Made by a program: the position numbers and the translations under genes. The notes under the pieces were generated by a model. The model was not told the DNA's origin. It did no database searches and worked only from the letters and a program-made list of their open reading frames with translations. Shown piece after piece: positions 26,933-37,593 of a DNA stretch of 64,000 nucleotides. The number at the start of each line of letters is the position of its first letter. The first letter of the stretch is position 1. The stretch covers positions 124,001 to 188,000 of the IMG/VR virus record IMGVR_UViG_3300035181_000471; one strand, given 5' to 3'.

Positions 26933-28459
26933 ATGCAAAGTGAACTCCTGAAGGTGGCACGACCCACCGAGAAGAAAATCGAATTCCTGATGGAAAAGTA
27001 CAAAGTCTCTCAAGAAGAGGTTGAGTTAGCTATCGTCGCAGATCCTACTGAAAACCTTTATGTTGAATGGCTCATCAGAATGATGAGGTCTTCTAGACTA
27101 AGACTTCCAGAACAGACTGAAAACATCAAGATGGCCCTAGAGAAGTTCAATCAAACCAAGAACTCCCCAGCCTTCAAAGCCGAACATTCCCCTGACATCA
27201 ACCGTTGGATTCCCGATGAGCTTATCCAACTCTTCATTCAAGAGAACTTACATGAAGAGCAGAAGTCAGAGACTAAGAAAGAGAAGGATATCATCAAGGA
27301 CGGCGCTCCAGGTGCCAAGATCATTTTCAATACTCCACCCTGGAAGGTGTTTCAGGTTACGGACCCAAGCCTAGCTTCATTCCTAGGTAGTAATACTTCT
27401 TGGTGTACCACTCAGAGAGCAACTGCAAAAGACTACCTGAAGTCGGGAGACCTCTTTATCGTCTACAAGAATGACAAGCCTTGGGCGCAATATCATCATG
27501 ATGAGTCCGAATACGGCGATGAAGTCTTCATGGATACCCACGATAGAGAGCTAGAAAAGGGCTTTAACAAGGAACTCCAGGCTTTCTTGGAGGTGTGCCA
27601 CCTTGAGGTTTTCTCGAACTATAGAGTCCCTCAGGTTCAGGTAGAGAAGAAAGATGTTGGTAAGGCGCTAGCCAATGGCTTCACCTTCGATGAACTTAGG
27701 GGTGTAAATAAGGGTGATCTTGTTGGAACCTTTTGGACAAGTATTTTGACCAAAACACCTGTAAAGATGCGACTGGGGGCTGAGAAGAAGAAATTCTATG
27801 AAGCTTGGTTCGCTGACGGACCCCTATCCTATCCACTTCTAGATCTTGGTAGGAAATTGAGCCAGGAGTTAGCTAGACACTGGGAATATGTTGGTAGGGC
27901 TTATGTTGCCAAGACTCTCAATAATGTGTTTCTGGCTAGAGCAACGGCAGATATGATTGATTCTGATTTCCTTGAAATTCCCAATGATGATACACCAATC
28001 ATCGACAATTTCAATAAACCTGATATGGTTAAAGCCATTCTAGCCGCAACTAAGGTAGCTGTAAAGGGTCGTGGCCTTGACGGTATCCCTGAATACTGGG
28101 CTAAGTATCCTTGGTTCTGCGAAAAAGTGGGGCCACTATACCTCAAACATCTAAATAAGGCAATGCTTGAAACAGATGATTCCGGGGATGAAAACGGAAT
28201 AGTTCAAGAGGCAATCTCCAAGTGCGACACCTTCAAAGTTCCAATGTCCGAGGGTTTAATTACCACCATTGTTGAGTGGATTAAGAACAATATGGATGCT
28301 GATTATAGTGGAGTTCTAATCGCTTTCATTAATAGCCTAAAAGCTAGATGCCCACCTCTTGAAGATCTCCTTCTACATGATGATCATATTGATGATTTGA
28401 AGAATGCTTTACACGATTACGCCAAGCGTTTCAGACTAAAGGTGAGACTACATGATTAA
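26933..28459 (+). CDS. hypothetical (probable head-associated) protein with T-x-W-C domain
   Basis: ATG 26933 has a GAGGA SD (the track start, GTG 26903, is less likely); ADPTENLYVEWL, NTSWCTT...YLKSGDLFIV. Confidence 0.65.
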   Translation: MQSELLKVARPTEKKIEFLMEKYKVSQEEVELAIVADPTENLYVEWLIRMMRSSRLRLPEQTENIKMALEKFNQTKNSPAFKAEHSPDINRWIPDELIQLFIQENLHEEQKSETKKEKDIIKDGAPGAKIIFNTPPWKVFQVTDPSLASFLGSNTSWCTTQRATAKDYLKSGDLFIVYKNDKPWAQYHHDESEYGDEVFMDTHDRELEKGFNKELQAFLEVCHLEVFSNYRVPQVQVEKKDVGKALANGFTFDELRGVNKGDLVGTFWTSILTKTPVKMRLGAEKKKFYEAWFADGPLSYPLLDLGRKLSQELARHWEYVGRAYVAKTLNNVFLARATADMIDSDFLEIPNDDTPIIDNFNKPDMVKAILAATKVAVKGRGLDGIPEYWAKYPWFCEKVGPLYLKHLNKAMLETDDSGDENGIVQEAISKCDTFKVPMSEGLITTIVEWIKNNMDADYSGVLIAFINSLKARCPPLEDLLLHDDHIDDLKNALHDYAKRFRLKVRLHD

Positions 28460-29309
28460 TTTTGCACAAGGGAAACAACTAGGAACTGGGGATCTCAATA
28501 TCATCATTAGAGATGAAAACGGGACTCTCTATGATCCTGCTTCAGTTACCTACTCCATTTTTGCCATTGACCCAATCTCAAAGGCCGAAGTTCTAGTATC
28601 CGTTCCCAACTCTATTCCGGTTAAAGACCCCGGAAGTAACGGCATCTACCATGTCGCCATGACTATCCCAACAACTTGGGAGGGTGAATACAAACTCATC
28701 TGGTATATCACTCGCTACGCAGGCGGGGCCTACGACACTCTTTATGAAGAGTTCCAGGTGACAAACTTCGATCCAGCCAGAGCTTCCTATGAAGCTTCCT
28801 CGGTAATGATGGCGCAGAAGCCTGGGATCTCCGCTCAGACCGCAAGACTAGTAATGATGGTTCGTGAACTTCTTTCCGACACCAACCCAGACAGAAACTA
28901 CCACTTCAGACCCCCCACGGCAGGTAAAGTCATTGCTGGATTCTCAGCTAGAGTCGGTTTCATCTGGACCGATGAGACCATCATCCGTCTTCTCCAGTTC
29001 TCCATCAACAACATGAACTGGGCCAATCCCCTTAATCTCTACAGCTATGATATCAACAATGTCCCAGAGTCTTGGGCTATGGTAGCCTGCACCGGAGCCG
29101 CCGCTAAGTGTCTATCTGCTGAAGCCTCTCGTTGGGCTGCTGAAGAGTTCGGCTACTCCTTAAATGGTGTCTCCCTTGACATCAATAAGGCCAGCACCTA
29201 TCAATCCCTCGCCAGTGCATATGCCGAGGAGTTCAAGGAAATGTCAGTTCAAGTTACCGCTAACCGTCCCTTCTCCGCTGGATTGAGACAGCAGAGATTC
29301 CTTCTATAA
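28452..29309 (+). CDS. putative head-tail adaptor (neck 1) with N-terminal Ig-like domain
   Basis: Position before closure/terminator/sheath; C-terminal helical region WTDETIIRLLQFSI...FGYSLNGVSLDINK. Confidence 0.6.
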   Translation: MINFAQGKQLGTGDLNIIIRDENGTLYDPASVTYSIFAIDPISKAEVLVSVPNSIPVKDPGSNGIYHVAMTIPTTWEGEYKLIWYITRYAGGAYDTLYEEFQVTNFDPARASYEASSVMMAQKPGISAQTARLVMMVRELLSDTNPDRNYHFRPPTAGKVIAGFSARVGFIWTDETIIRLLQFSINNMNWANPLNLYSYDINNVPESWAMVACTGAAAKCLSAEASRWAAEEFGYSLNGVSLDINKASTYQSLASAYAEEFKEMSVQVTANRPFSAGLRQQRFLL

Positions 29310-29317
29310 GAGCCTAA

Positions 29318-30577
29318 ATGATCCAGGAAATTCTAGTTCTAAACAGTTCGTTCACTGGCTCCCGCGATTTATTCTGGGTGGACGAAGTTGACCCTGAGGT
29401 TATAGGATATAACATATATCGTTCCTATAATGCTCCTGGAGAGTGGGTAAAATTAAATGCCTACCCTCATCCCGGCCATCTTTACAGAGACATTACATCT
29501 GTAGAACTCGTAGAGTATGTAATCCAGCCTACGGACTGGGTATCTTACGGAATTGACGGACAGTGGGTGATGAAAGTTCCAGCCCCTATCTGGTCATCGG
29601 TAGTCAAAGGTAAAGCTCTAATCGCCAACCACCCCGATGATGTAACCCTAAAGGTTAACGGGGAAATAGTCAGAGCAGGCAGAGTAGATGGACAGGAAGG
29701 TCTAGTCTATATGACCAACTTTGCTAAGTTAGCCAAGGATGGCTCTGTCACGACTACCTCATCTAACCCACTAAAAGGTGGAGTTAAGGGGGAAATTCCA
29801 ACCAATCTAGATGTCAGAGTGACCTACAAGAAATTAACCAACTATGTAGACATCTTTATTTCGGGTGTCAAAACCTTCTATACAGTCGTTCCAGTTCTTG
29901 AAGGTGGGGCCGAAGCTCATCTAGTGGGGGAAGCAGGTTCAGCCATTGCCAATTCCTATGACACAGAACAAATCGACTACATTTACGAAGAGATGGTTCG
30001 CCGTAATCAGTGGATCTTTGAGCAGTCTGGAGAGCCAGCCTACCTGATGATTCGAAAGACTAAGGGGACCATCTGCCAGTGTGTAATCAGCAATGGTGAA
30101 CCTAGAACCGGATGCCCTTCTTGCTATGAAACTGGAGTTGTCGGAGGCTACTACGGGCCTCTCGATATCCTCTTCATTGATCCTGATGTCTCGGCAACGA
30201 GAACTTTGGATGAAGGTGGTGTCAAGGTCGAAAGAACCTCCAAATCCTATCTAACCAGGACTCCAATCGTGCATAGCGGGGACATGATAGTCAGACGCAA
30301 TGGTGAGAGAATGGTAATTTCCAATGTTGTGTATAAGTCCCCTAAGGGTGTAATCCTTCAACAAGATTTTGATGTTGAACTCCTACAGCCTAAGGACACT
30401 CGCTACCTAATTCCACTAGGCAACAACCCGCTACCCGCCCTCTTTGATCCCCGCTTCACAGCATCAGACCCAACCAAAGAGCCTGTTACCAATCCTGAAA
30501 CGGACCCAACTAAAACTTGGGAGAACCCAACCAAACCAGCCGGAAGAACCGTTTCCTTCGGCAACATCATGACCTAA
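29318..30577 (+). CDS. putative head closure (neck 2) protein with FN3-like N-terminus and Zn finger
   Basis: VIGYNIYRS; SGEPAYLMIRKTKGTICQC...CPSCYETGVVGGYYGP; IVHSGDMIV. Confidence 0.6.
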   Translation: MIQEILVLNSSFTGSRDLFWVDEVDPEVIGYNIYRSYNAPGEWVKLNAYPHPGHLYRDITSVELVEYVIQPTDWVSYGIDGQWVMKVPAPIWSSVVKGKALIANHPDDVTLKVNGEIVRAGRVDGQEGLVYMTNFAKLAKDGSVTTTSSNPLKGGVKGEIPTNLDVRVTYKKLTNYVDIFISGVKTFYTVVPVLEGGAEAHLVGEAGSAIANSYDTEQIDYIYEEMVRRNQWIFEQSGEPAYLMIRKTKGTICQCVISNGEPRTGCPSCYETGVVGGYYGPLDILFIDPDVSATRTLDEGGVKVERTSKSYLTRTPIVHSGDMIVRRNGERMVISNVVYKSPKGVILQQDFDVELLQPKDTRYLIPLGNNPLPALFDPRFTASDPTKEPVTNPETDPTKTWENPTKPAGRTVSFGNIMT

Positions 30578-30586
30578 AGGACAACC

Positions 30587-31126
30587 ATGAAATCTAGACT
30601 ACTCAACAAAAAGACTGGCACAGGGTGGGACGCCCCCACGGAGAAGTGGCACTATAAAGAGGACCAGCAAGTAACCAAGAAAGTCTGGAATGGTATCGCT
30701 GATAAGCTAAACCAGCTAAAGTCTACCCTAAAAGTCAAGGGTAAACCTCTAGCTCAATACAACCTAAAGGATGTGTTTCAGTCTGAAGACCCAGAGGTGA
30801 AGAGGGCCGGATATCAGGTTCGCTCCCTCATCAATCAGTATGTTTCTGAGACATTTGACGCAGCAACCCTAGCGAAGTTCAAGCAGGATTATGGGTCCAA
30901 TGTCACTGATTGGTTGACCCGTGGCAAGAGGGCTAGCACCGGATTTAAGTCTGCCCTTTACAAAAAGGCCAGTGCCGAGATCACCATTGAATCAGATGTA
31001 AATGATGATTTGAATCATATTGCCTCGATTCTAAAGGACAAGGACTTGAACCCCATGAAGGTTCAAGCCGCCCTCCAGGTCATAAAGCAAGCCAAGTCAA
31101 AAATTGGTTACTTAGACAAAATCTAA
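30587..31126 (+). CDS. hypothetical protein (K-x-A motifs)
   Basis: 179-aa ORF; KRAS, KKAS. Confidence 0.6.
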   Translation: MKSRLLNKKTGTGWDAPTEKWHYKEDQQVTKKVWNGIADKLNQLKSTLKVKGKPLAQYNLKDVFQSEDPEVKRAGYQVRSLINQYVSETFDAATLAKFKQDYGSNVTDWLTRGKRASTGFKSALYKKASAEITIESDVNDDLNHIASILKDKDLNPMKVQAALQVIKQAKSKIGYLDKI

Positions 31127-31155
31127 TTTCCGTTACTATGTGAAAGAGGTTAAAT

Positions 31156-31542
31156 ATGTACTTAAACCCACTCAAGCTAGCAGAACTTCTTTCGGAGTCC
31201 GTTAGCATTAGCTCCACCGAGAAAGGCAACACCGAAGTCGCCACCTCCACCTTCGCTCAGAAGTCCCCAGGCGAGAACATTCAGCCAAACCCCCTCAGCC
31301 CTATTTTAGGCGATGAGGTATTTTTCACCTACATGATGCCTGGAGCAGTATTCGAAGCTCACGATGGATCACAATGGGTCATTACCTCCTACGATTGGGA
31401 CGCCAGAGTCGAGATCCAAAACAGATGGTATCCAAGACAGGTTGCCAATGTTGGTACTTCAGACATCCGTAGATCTATTGCTATGTGGGTTGACCCTGTG
31501 AATATTAAGGTTCCCCCTCCCTTGGCTGTAGAATACCAGTAA
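31156..31542 (+). CDS. hypothetical protein
   Basis: 128-aa ORF with GAGG SD. Confidence 0.6.
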   Translation: MYLNPLKLAELLSESVSISSTEKGNTEVATSTFAQKSPGENIQPNPLSPILGDEVFFTYMMPGAVFEAHDGSQWVITSYDWDARVEIQNRWYPRQVANVGTSDIRRSIAMWVDPVNIKVPPPLAVEYQ

Positions 31543-31551
31543 GGACCATTC

Positions 31552-33108
31552 ATGCTAGATCTAACAGGTGAGAATCTCTCAACATACCTGCTTAGAGAGA
31601 TAAAAGACATTGTTAATCGTAACCCTAGATTTAGAAATATGGGCGGAGATGCAACAGTTCATACTAACTCTATGGTAGGCTGGGGTGATCTGAGAGTCAC
31701 GATCAGTGGTATTTCAAGTCAGGGGACTCGTATGAGTCCTGACTATTTCATGTGCAATCAATATGGAAGGGCCGTTCTTTGTAAGCTGGAGAACTACGAT
31801 GGGCTATTCATGGAGTGGGTTCAGGAACTCAAAGACACTTCCACTTCTCCTCAGCCTGGGGTTTACTACTTCAATGTGGATTCGGTTGACGAGGCCACAA
31901 GGGAAGTAGTGTTAACTGTCCAAAAGTATCGCTGGGAAAGCGGTAAATCCAAACTGGCTCTTGGTTCTAACATCTTTTTCAGAAAAGGAATTGATGTAGG
32001 CAAGGTCAGAGTTTTCGGCTCTAGTGTTCAAATCGAACAAAACGGTGACATGATTTCCGTGCTGACCTTTGACCCAGCACCTCTAGCCCTTAGGCTTGTC
32101 GGGGCCTCAAGTAATTTAGTGCCTATGGTGGACTACTGGTATTTAAGAAAATCTGTGTATGTTCTCCCTGCCACGGTTCTTGGGACTCAAGATATCCATC
32201 TTCCATTGGCCGATTACTGTGATGTTACCATTGTAGACCAGGATGACTACGAGTTAAAGGCTGGAAGGGACTTCGATTGGATTGGAACTGACAAAATCAG
32301 AACTACTGAGTGGACCCCAGCCGGAGCCATCCTAACTGTAACTTACACTATCAAGGCAGATCCAACTGCCATTCCAGCCGCTCACCCTGAAAACCTCCTG
32401 GAAATTTCTTCGGTCACTACAGGAGAGGTCATTACTAGCGGCCAGACCACCCTTTACGCCTCCAATGGCAATCGCTACGGTGATGACCAGTTTATCCAAG
32501 TGAACGGTGAATTGTGGCTAAAGAATCTACTTAAGATGGGGGAGTCTTACACCTGGGACTCTAGAGTCGATTGCGGCCAAACTCAAGTTACTGCCAAAAA
32601 ATTGGCGGCTAACACAAATCTAATTGACGGACTGTCCATTGGCATTGGAGATCAAGTCTTCGTTAACGACCAATGTGCCATCTTAATCTCCCCAGAGATC
32701 TCAGAGACCTATGAAGTTTATGGAGCCAAAGAGAATGTATCCTTTAATATAGAGGTAAAATCCAATGATAGGATGACCTCTTCTGAGATAGCCGAAGCAT
32801 TAAGAGGTCATCTACTTGTAAGGAGTAGGGATAACTTTGAAGCTAATGGACTGTCCATCTTTGAGGTGTCCAAGAGTTCTGATACAGGCTCCAGGGATTC
32901 CTCTGGGACCGCGCCCTCTACAACCTACAACCTGGAAGTCAGTGCCGCCGCAGATTGGGAGCTTTATGTCCCTCTGGTCACCAGAATTACCCAGTTTGCT
33001 GTCGATACCAGTGAAGAAACTCCCGCTATTGACTTCCCAGGTAAACTTTCTGCGACTCCTCGCATTGCTGCCTTCGGGTCTTCTAAGTTTTTACCGTATT
33101 ACTCATAA
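31552..33108 (+). CDS. putative tail terminator/completion protein
   Basis: Position upstream of sheath; C-terminal NVSFNIEVKSNDRMTSSEIAEAL resembles tail-terminator folds. Confidence 0.5.
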   Translation: MLDLTGENLSTYLLREIKDIVNRNPRFRNMGGDATVHTNSMVGWGDLRVTISGISSQGTRMSPDYFMCNQYGRAVLCKLENYDGLFMEWVQELKDTSTSPQPGVYYFNVDSVDEATREVVLTVQKYRWESGKSKLALGSNIFFRKGIDVGKVRVFGSSVQIEQNGDMISVLTFDPAPLALRLVGASSNLVPMVDYWYLRKSVYVLPATVLGTQDIHLPLADYCDVTIVDQDDYELKAGRDFDWIGTDKIRTTEWTPAGAILTVTYTIKADPTAIPAAHPENLLEISSVTTGEVITSGQTTLYASNGNRYGDDQFIQVNGELWLKNLLKMGESYTWDSRVDCGQTQVTAKKLAANTNLIDGLSIGIGDQVFVNDQCAILISPEISETYEVYGAKENVSFNIEVKSNDRMTSSEIAEALRGHLLVRSRDNFEANGLSIFEVSKSSDTGSRDSSGTAPSTTYNLEVSAAADWELYVPLVTRITQFAVDTSEETPAIDFPGKLSATPRIAAFGSSKFLPYYS

Positions 33109-33132
33109 GAAGCACCGTTTAAAGGAGCAATA

Positions 33133-33549
33133 ATGGCATTAAGAGAATATAAATGTGCGTGTGGAGTCCTAACTGAGAAAATTATTTTTGGAACAAATGA
33201 TATCCCTCAGGTTATCCCTTGTCCTAAATGCGGAGCCGAAGCCGCATACCTAGCAATCCCCACCAGTATTTCTCTTGGAAGATCCACATTTTCTGAAGCT
33301 CCAATTGATGTAATGATTGGAAAAGATTCAGATAGGCGCTGGGAAGACATCAATAAGAGGCAAGAAGTCCGAGACAAGGTAAGAAAAGAAACTGGATCAC
33401 AAGGTCTTTCCATGACCGGAAGAGGGGAGTTCACTCCTGTAACCGAGGATACCAAAGCCAAGAGAGCCGAAAGTGTGGAAGTTTTGTCTCAGTCGGGGCA
33501 TAAGCAAACCTTCGATTCTCCAGCCGATCAGAAAATCCTAGGAGCATAA
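33133..33549 (+). CDS. FmdB-like zinc-ribbon protein
   Basis: REYKCACG...IPCPKCGAEA. Confidence 0.75.
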   Translation: MALREYKCACGVLTEKIIFGTNDIPQVIPCPKCGAEAAYLAIPTSISLGRSTFSEAPIDVMIGKDSDRRWEDINKRQEVRDKVRKETGSQGLSMTGRGEFTPVTEDTKAKRAESVEVLSQSGHKQTFDSPADQKILGA

Positions 33550-33564
33550 GTGGAAGAGAATTAA

Positions 33565-33585
33565 ACTTTCTAATCCTTATTTTGA
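33565..33585 (+). promoter_or_regulatory. candidate late promoter motif (sheath)
   Basis: ACTTTC-taatc-CT-tatttt-GA. Confidence 0.55.
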
Positions 33586-33647
33586 ACGAAATCTATCTAA
33601 GGGCTTTTGGAAAATAGTCGCAAATTAGACCTCAAGGGAGAAAAAAC

Positions 33648-36600
33648 ATGGCACTTTTCGATCAGTACACAGAACCAGGAGTCTACACCCGTGAATCGGC
33701 GGACGCTCCTGGTGTCATCCTATTCGGTGACCTTCGTATTCCTATCTTCATCGGAGAGGGAGTCGAGGAATTCACCAATAAGAATGTGACCCTCCACAGA
33801 GGTTCTAGTTCTGTGGCCGATGATCTAGTGGTCAAGGAAAACATCACTGACCAGCTTTACAACGAGAGCAACATCTACAGTCCCACTCGCTCCTTCCAGC
33901 TAACTTACTTTCCTGTTGTTAAGGGTGATGGAACTGGAACCACCACTTCCCAGCCTACCGACATCACCGTCCTAGCTAACGGAGTTCCAGCCGCCGTAAC
34001 CTCCCTAAACGGCGTTACTGGTGAGCTAATGCTCCACGACATCTACGGTGCTGATACCACCCTAGAAGTCACCTACTACTTCAAGCGCAAGGATACTTAC
34101 TTCGCTAACGAGAATGTGTCTTCTCAGGTTCCTACCTTCGCTACTTGGACACAGCAGGCCAACCTCGTCCTATCGCTAACTAACCCTGGCGCTCTAGGTA
34201 ACAATGTCACCCTAGCTCTAACCAAGGTCACTCCCACCTCTGATGCACTAGCTGTGTCTGGTATCGGAACTGACTCCATCTCCATCGAGCTACAGCGCAC
34301 CGCTAAGGCAATTGCTGTTGGCCTACCCCTAACCTTCAATGCCGCTGGTAAGACCATCACCAGAGCTACTGGAACTTGGCCTGCTGAGGGTGTTAAGATT
34401 GGTGACTCCATCACCCTATCCGGTTTCGGAACTTCCGCCAACAACAAGGTTGTGACTGTATCTGGTGTGACTGACACCACCCTAACTGTGGCTGAGGTTC
34501 TAACCAACGCTACCACTGAAGTTGGAACTGTCTCCCTAATCGCAGTCAGATCCCTAACTGACCTAAAGAACCTAGTTCTTTCTGGAATCACCACCCTATC
34601 TGCTGGTGACCTAACCGTTGTTTCTCTAACTTCCGGTTTCGAAAATCTAGGTGCAACCGCCGCTTCCGCCTCCTTCTCCGGTGGTGCTGGACCCTCCTCT
34701 AACACCGTCTTTAAGGTAGCCCACACTCCTATCGTAGATGGTGCCAACGGTGGTGTTGTAACTTCCAACGCCTCTAAGGTTCAGGCTACTGTGAACGGGC
34801 TACCTGCTCCTATCGTAGCTGTTGATGGTCCTAACGGCCTAGTCACTCTAGCCTCCTCCGTGGTTGCTGGACAAACTGTGCTTCTAAGCTACTACTCCAA
34901 CAACTATCAGGACACCTACGAGCTTCTACCCTCTTCCAATGTCACCAGCATCTCTAATGTCGGTTACGGTCCTGACCGTGCTGATTTCGTAAACGGTGTT
35001 GATTATGTTCTAGAGAACCTAGCTAACGGTTCCAGCCGCATCCAGTGGGGAGCTTCTGCCTCCGTTGCTACCGGAACTTGGACTGCTGGCTTCACTCCTT
35101 TCGATGCCTCTGTAGTCACTACCACTCTAATTGACGAGAAGGTATACATGCAGCCTGTTCAGGGTGAGGTCAATGGCAAGAACGCCATCTTCACTCTAGC
35201 TGACAGCCCTGTTGATGGTTCTGGCCTCTCCAGAACTACTAACGATCCTGCTCTAGTTCAGATCTACATCGGCGCAAACCCTGTAGCCGCTCTAGCCGCT
35301 GGTGCTGTTCGCGTCATTCAGGTCGTCGGGGCTAACCGCACTGTCAAGCTCTACAATCCTCCTGCATCTGGAACCGTCTACGCTTCCTACTACAGAAGCG
35401 CACTAAACGACCACAGCTACACCTTAACTGTCGGAACCCCCGGAATCACCGGACAGGGAACCTACAAGATCTCCAATGAGCTAGGTGCTGTTATCGCTCC
35501 AATCGTTGCTGGTGCTTCTGCTGTAAGCGAAGCCGCAAACTTCGCTTCTACCGGAATCGTATGGCCTATCAACAACGCCCTATCCGTTCCCGACCTCTCC
35601 ACCACTCCTGGTGTAAGCCCTGATGAAACCATCACTCTCACCTTCCAGGATGACAGCCTTCAGTTCACCGTAACTCCTGCTGTCCAGGCCACTGCCAAGG
35701 ACACCTCTGGAGCCGGAACCAATGCCGCCATTCAGTTCCGCACCACTACCGCTTCTTCCGCTCCTAACGGTGTTGTGACTGTAGTGCTACAGGCTGGTGC
35801 TGGCGTTGCTGACGCAGTTGCCATCACTGGTGGTGGAACCAACGCCATCGTGGTCAACATCCTAAAGAATGGTGGAACTGTCTCCAGAACCCTACAGGAG
35901 ATCATCAACCTATTCGCTACTTACCCCACCAGCACCCCCCTTGGTGGATTGATCATCTGCGAAGCCGCTCCTGGATCTGGCCTAAGCCTAACCGCTAACG
36001 CTGTTCCTACCTCTGGTGGCCCCATTGCCTTCACTGGCGGTGTGACTCTTGTTCAGACCCCCTACGCTATCCGCTACAAGGTGACTTCTTCCAGAACCAC
36101 CACCAACCAGACCGCTGATGGAATGGGCCTAACTGGTGGAGTACACACTCCTTCCTACCTCAACTACTCCGGTGGTGGAACTCCTGTAGGAGCCGATGGT
36201 TACCTAGATCAGACTTACATTGATGCCGCAACTGGTGTCAAGTTCACCATCGTCAACCCAACTGACGCTCTAAGCTTCGGTTACACTTCCCTGCCCTCCC
36301 CTTCCTACCACTACCGTCCAGGTGACACCCTAACCTTCACCGTGAACAAGGCTACTGCTCGTTATACCTCTTCTGTCCCCACCGTCAGCATCCCTGGCCT
36401 AAAGGTCAAGGTAGCCTCTACCTACGGAATGAAGGCCGCTGACACCGCAGTCATCACCACCTACAACAAGGCTGGTAATGAGCCCTCAATCGGTGACTTC
36501 TACTATGCAAGCTATACCGTGGCTAAGAGCGAGAGTGACATGGGTCTAAAGATCTACACTAACCCTGTAGACGCTTACGCTCAGTACGGTGATCCTAACC

Positions 36601-37538
36601 CAACCAACAAGCTATCCCTAGCTACCCGCCTCTTCACTCAGAATGGTGGACAGATCTTCGGATGCATCCAGGTTGCTAAGGAAGTTGGCCTAGAGACTGC
36701 CTCTGACCAGGCTTTCATGACCGCAATCGCTTCTCTAGCAACTCCTCTACCCGGCACTGATCGTAAGGCCGATATGATTCAGCCTCTAACCACTTCTCCA
36801 GTGGTTGTACAGTATCTAAATCGTCACCTTCTAACCCAGTCCTCTCAGCGTAACTCTGGAGAAGCCACCGCAGTTTACGGCTTCGACTACTACGCAACCC
36901 CCGACACCATGAGAAACTCTGCCCGTTCCATTAAGTCTGATCGTATGATCGCCGTTGGAACCCCCGGAGCCATCCTAGAAATTGATGTCGCTGGTAAGAC
37001 CGCTGAGTTCGCTGTCGGTGGTGAGTTCCTCGCCGCTGGTATGGTCGGAATGATGATCAACCCCGCAATTGATGTTGCTACCACTCTAACCAGACAGAAC
37101 CTAGTTGGTTTCAGCCGACTCATCAAGAGATACGATGGTCCTACTATGGATCAGATGGCCTCTGACGGTGTTACCTGCATCCAGGAGAACAACGGCGCCT
37201 TCCAGGTTCGTCACTGGATCACCACTGATAACTCCAGCCCCCTCAAGAGAGAGCCTACTTCTCGCTTGATCGTTGACTACACTCGCAAGATCGTTCGTAG
37301 AAACCTAGATCAGTTCATTGGTCGTAAGCTAATGCAATCCACCATGAACTCTGTCTCCATCGTAGCCTCCTCTACTCTAAAGGCCCTAGTGGAACAGGAG
37401 ATCATCGAAGGCTTCAAGAATCTCGTAATCGAGAGAGATCAGGCCGATCCTACTGTTCTTCATGTGAGGTTCTCCATGAAGCCCATCTTTGCTCTGCTCT
37501 ACATTGATGTGGCTCTAACGGTCTCCACCAAGCTATAA
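33648..37538 (+). CDS. contractile tail sheath protein (1296 aa, large insertion domains)
   Basis: N-terminal PGVYTRES; C-terminal sheath core IVDYTRKIVRRNLDQFIG...DPTVLHVRFSMKPIFAL. Confidence 0.92.
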   Translation: MALFDQYTEPGVYTRESADAPGVILFGDLRIPIFIGEGVEEFTNKNVTLHRGSSSVADDLVVKENITDQLYNESNIYSPTRSFQLTYFPVVKGDGTGTTTSQPTDITVLANGVPAAVTSLNGVTGELMLHDIYGADTTLEVTYYFKRKDTYFANENVSSQVPTFATWTQQANLVLSLTNPGALGNNVTLALTKVTPTSDALAVSGIGTDSISIELQRTAKAIAVGLPLTFNAAGKTITRATGTWPAEGVKIGDSITLSGFGTSANNKVVTVSGVTDTTLTVAEVLTNATTEVGTVSLIAVRSLTDLKNLVLSGITTLSAGDLTVVSLTSGFENLGATAASASFSGGAGPSSNTVFKVAHTPIVDGANGGVVTSNASKVQATVNGLPAPIVAVDGPNGLVTLASSVVAGQTVLLSYYSNNYQDTYELLPSSNVTSISNVGYGPDRADFVNGVDYVLENLANGSSRIQWGASASVATGTWTAGFTPFDASVVTTTLIDEKVYMQPVQGEVNGKNAIFTLADSPVDGSGLSRTTNDPALVQIYIGANPVAALAAGAVRVIQVVGANRTVKLYNPPASGTVYASYYRSALNDHSYTLTVGTPGITGQGTYKISNELGAVIAPIVAGASAVSEAANFASTGIVWPINNALSVPDLSTTPGVSPDETITLTFQDDSLQFTVTPAVQATAKDTSGAGTNAAIQFRTTTASSAPNGVVTVVLQAGAGVADAVAITGGGTNAIVVNILKNGGTVSRTLQEIINLFATYPTSTPLGGLIICEAAPGSGLSLTANAVPTSGGPIAFTGGVTLVQTPYAIRYKVTSSRTTTNQTADGMGLTGGVHTPSYLNYSGGGTPVGADGYLDQTYIDAATGVKFTIVNPTDALSFGYTSLPSPSYHYRPGDTLTFTVNKATARYTSSVPTVSIPGLKVKVASTYGMKAADTAVITTYNKAGNEPSIGDFYYASYTVAKSESDMGLKIYTNPVDAYAQYGDPNPTNKLSLATRLFTQNGGQIFGCIQVAKEVGLETASDQAFMTAIASLATPLPGTDRKADMIQPLTTSPVVVQYLNRHLLTQSSQRNSGEATAVYGFDYYATPDTMRNSARSIKSDRMIAVGTPGAILEIDVAGKTAEFAVGGEFLAAGMVGMMINPAIDVATTLTRQNLVGFSRLIKRYDGPTMDQMASDGVTCIQENNGAFQVRHWITTDNSSPLKREPTSRLIVDYTRKIVRRNLDQFIGRKLMQSTMNSVSIVASSTLKALVEQEIIEGFKNLVIERDQADPTVLHVRFSMKPIFALLYIDVALTVSTKL

Positions 37539-37545
37539 GGAATCA

Positions 37546-37579
37546 AAATCAGGGGGAGCTTAAAACCTCCCCCTGATTT
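37546..37579 (+). terminator. intrinsic terminator-like hairpin after sheath
   Basis: AAATCAGGGGGAG-cttaaaac-CTCCCCCTGATTT. Confidence 0.8.
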
Positions 37580-37593
37580 CCTACCGAGGAACT

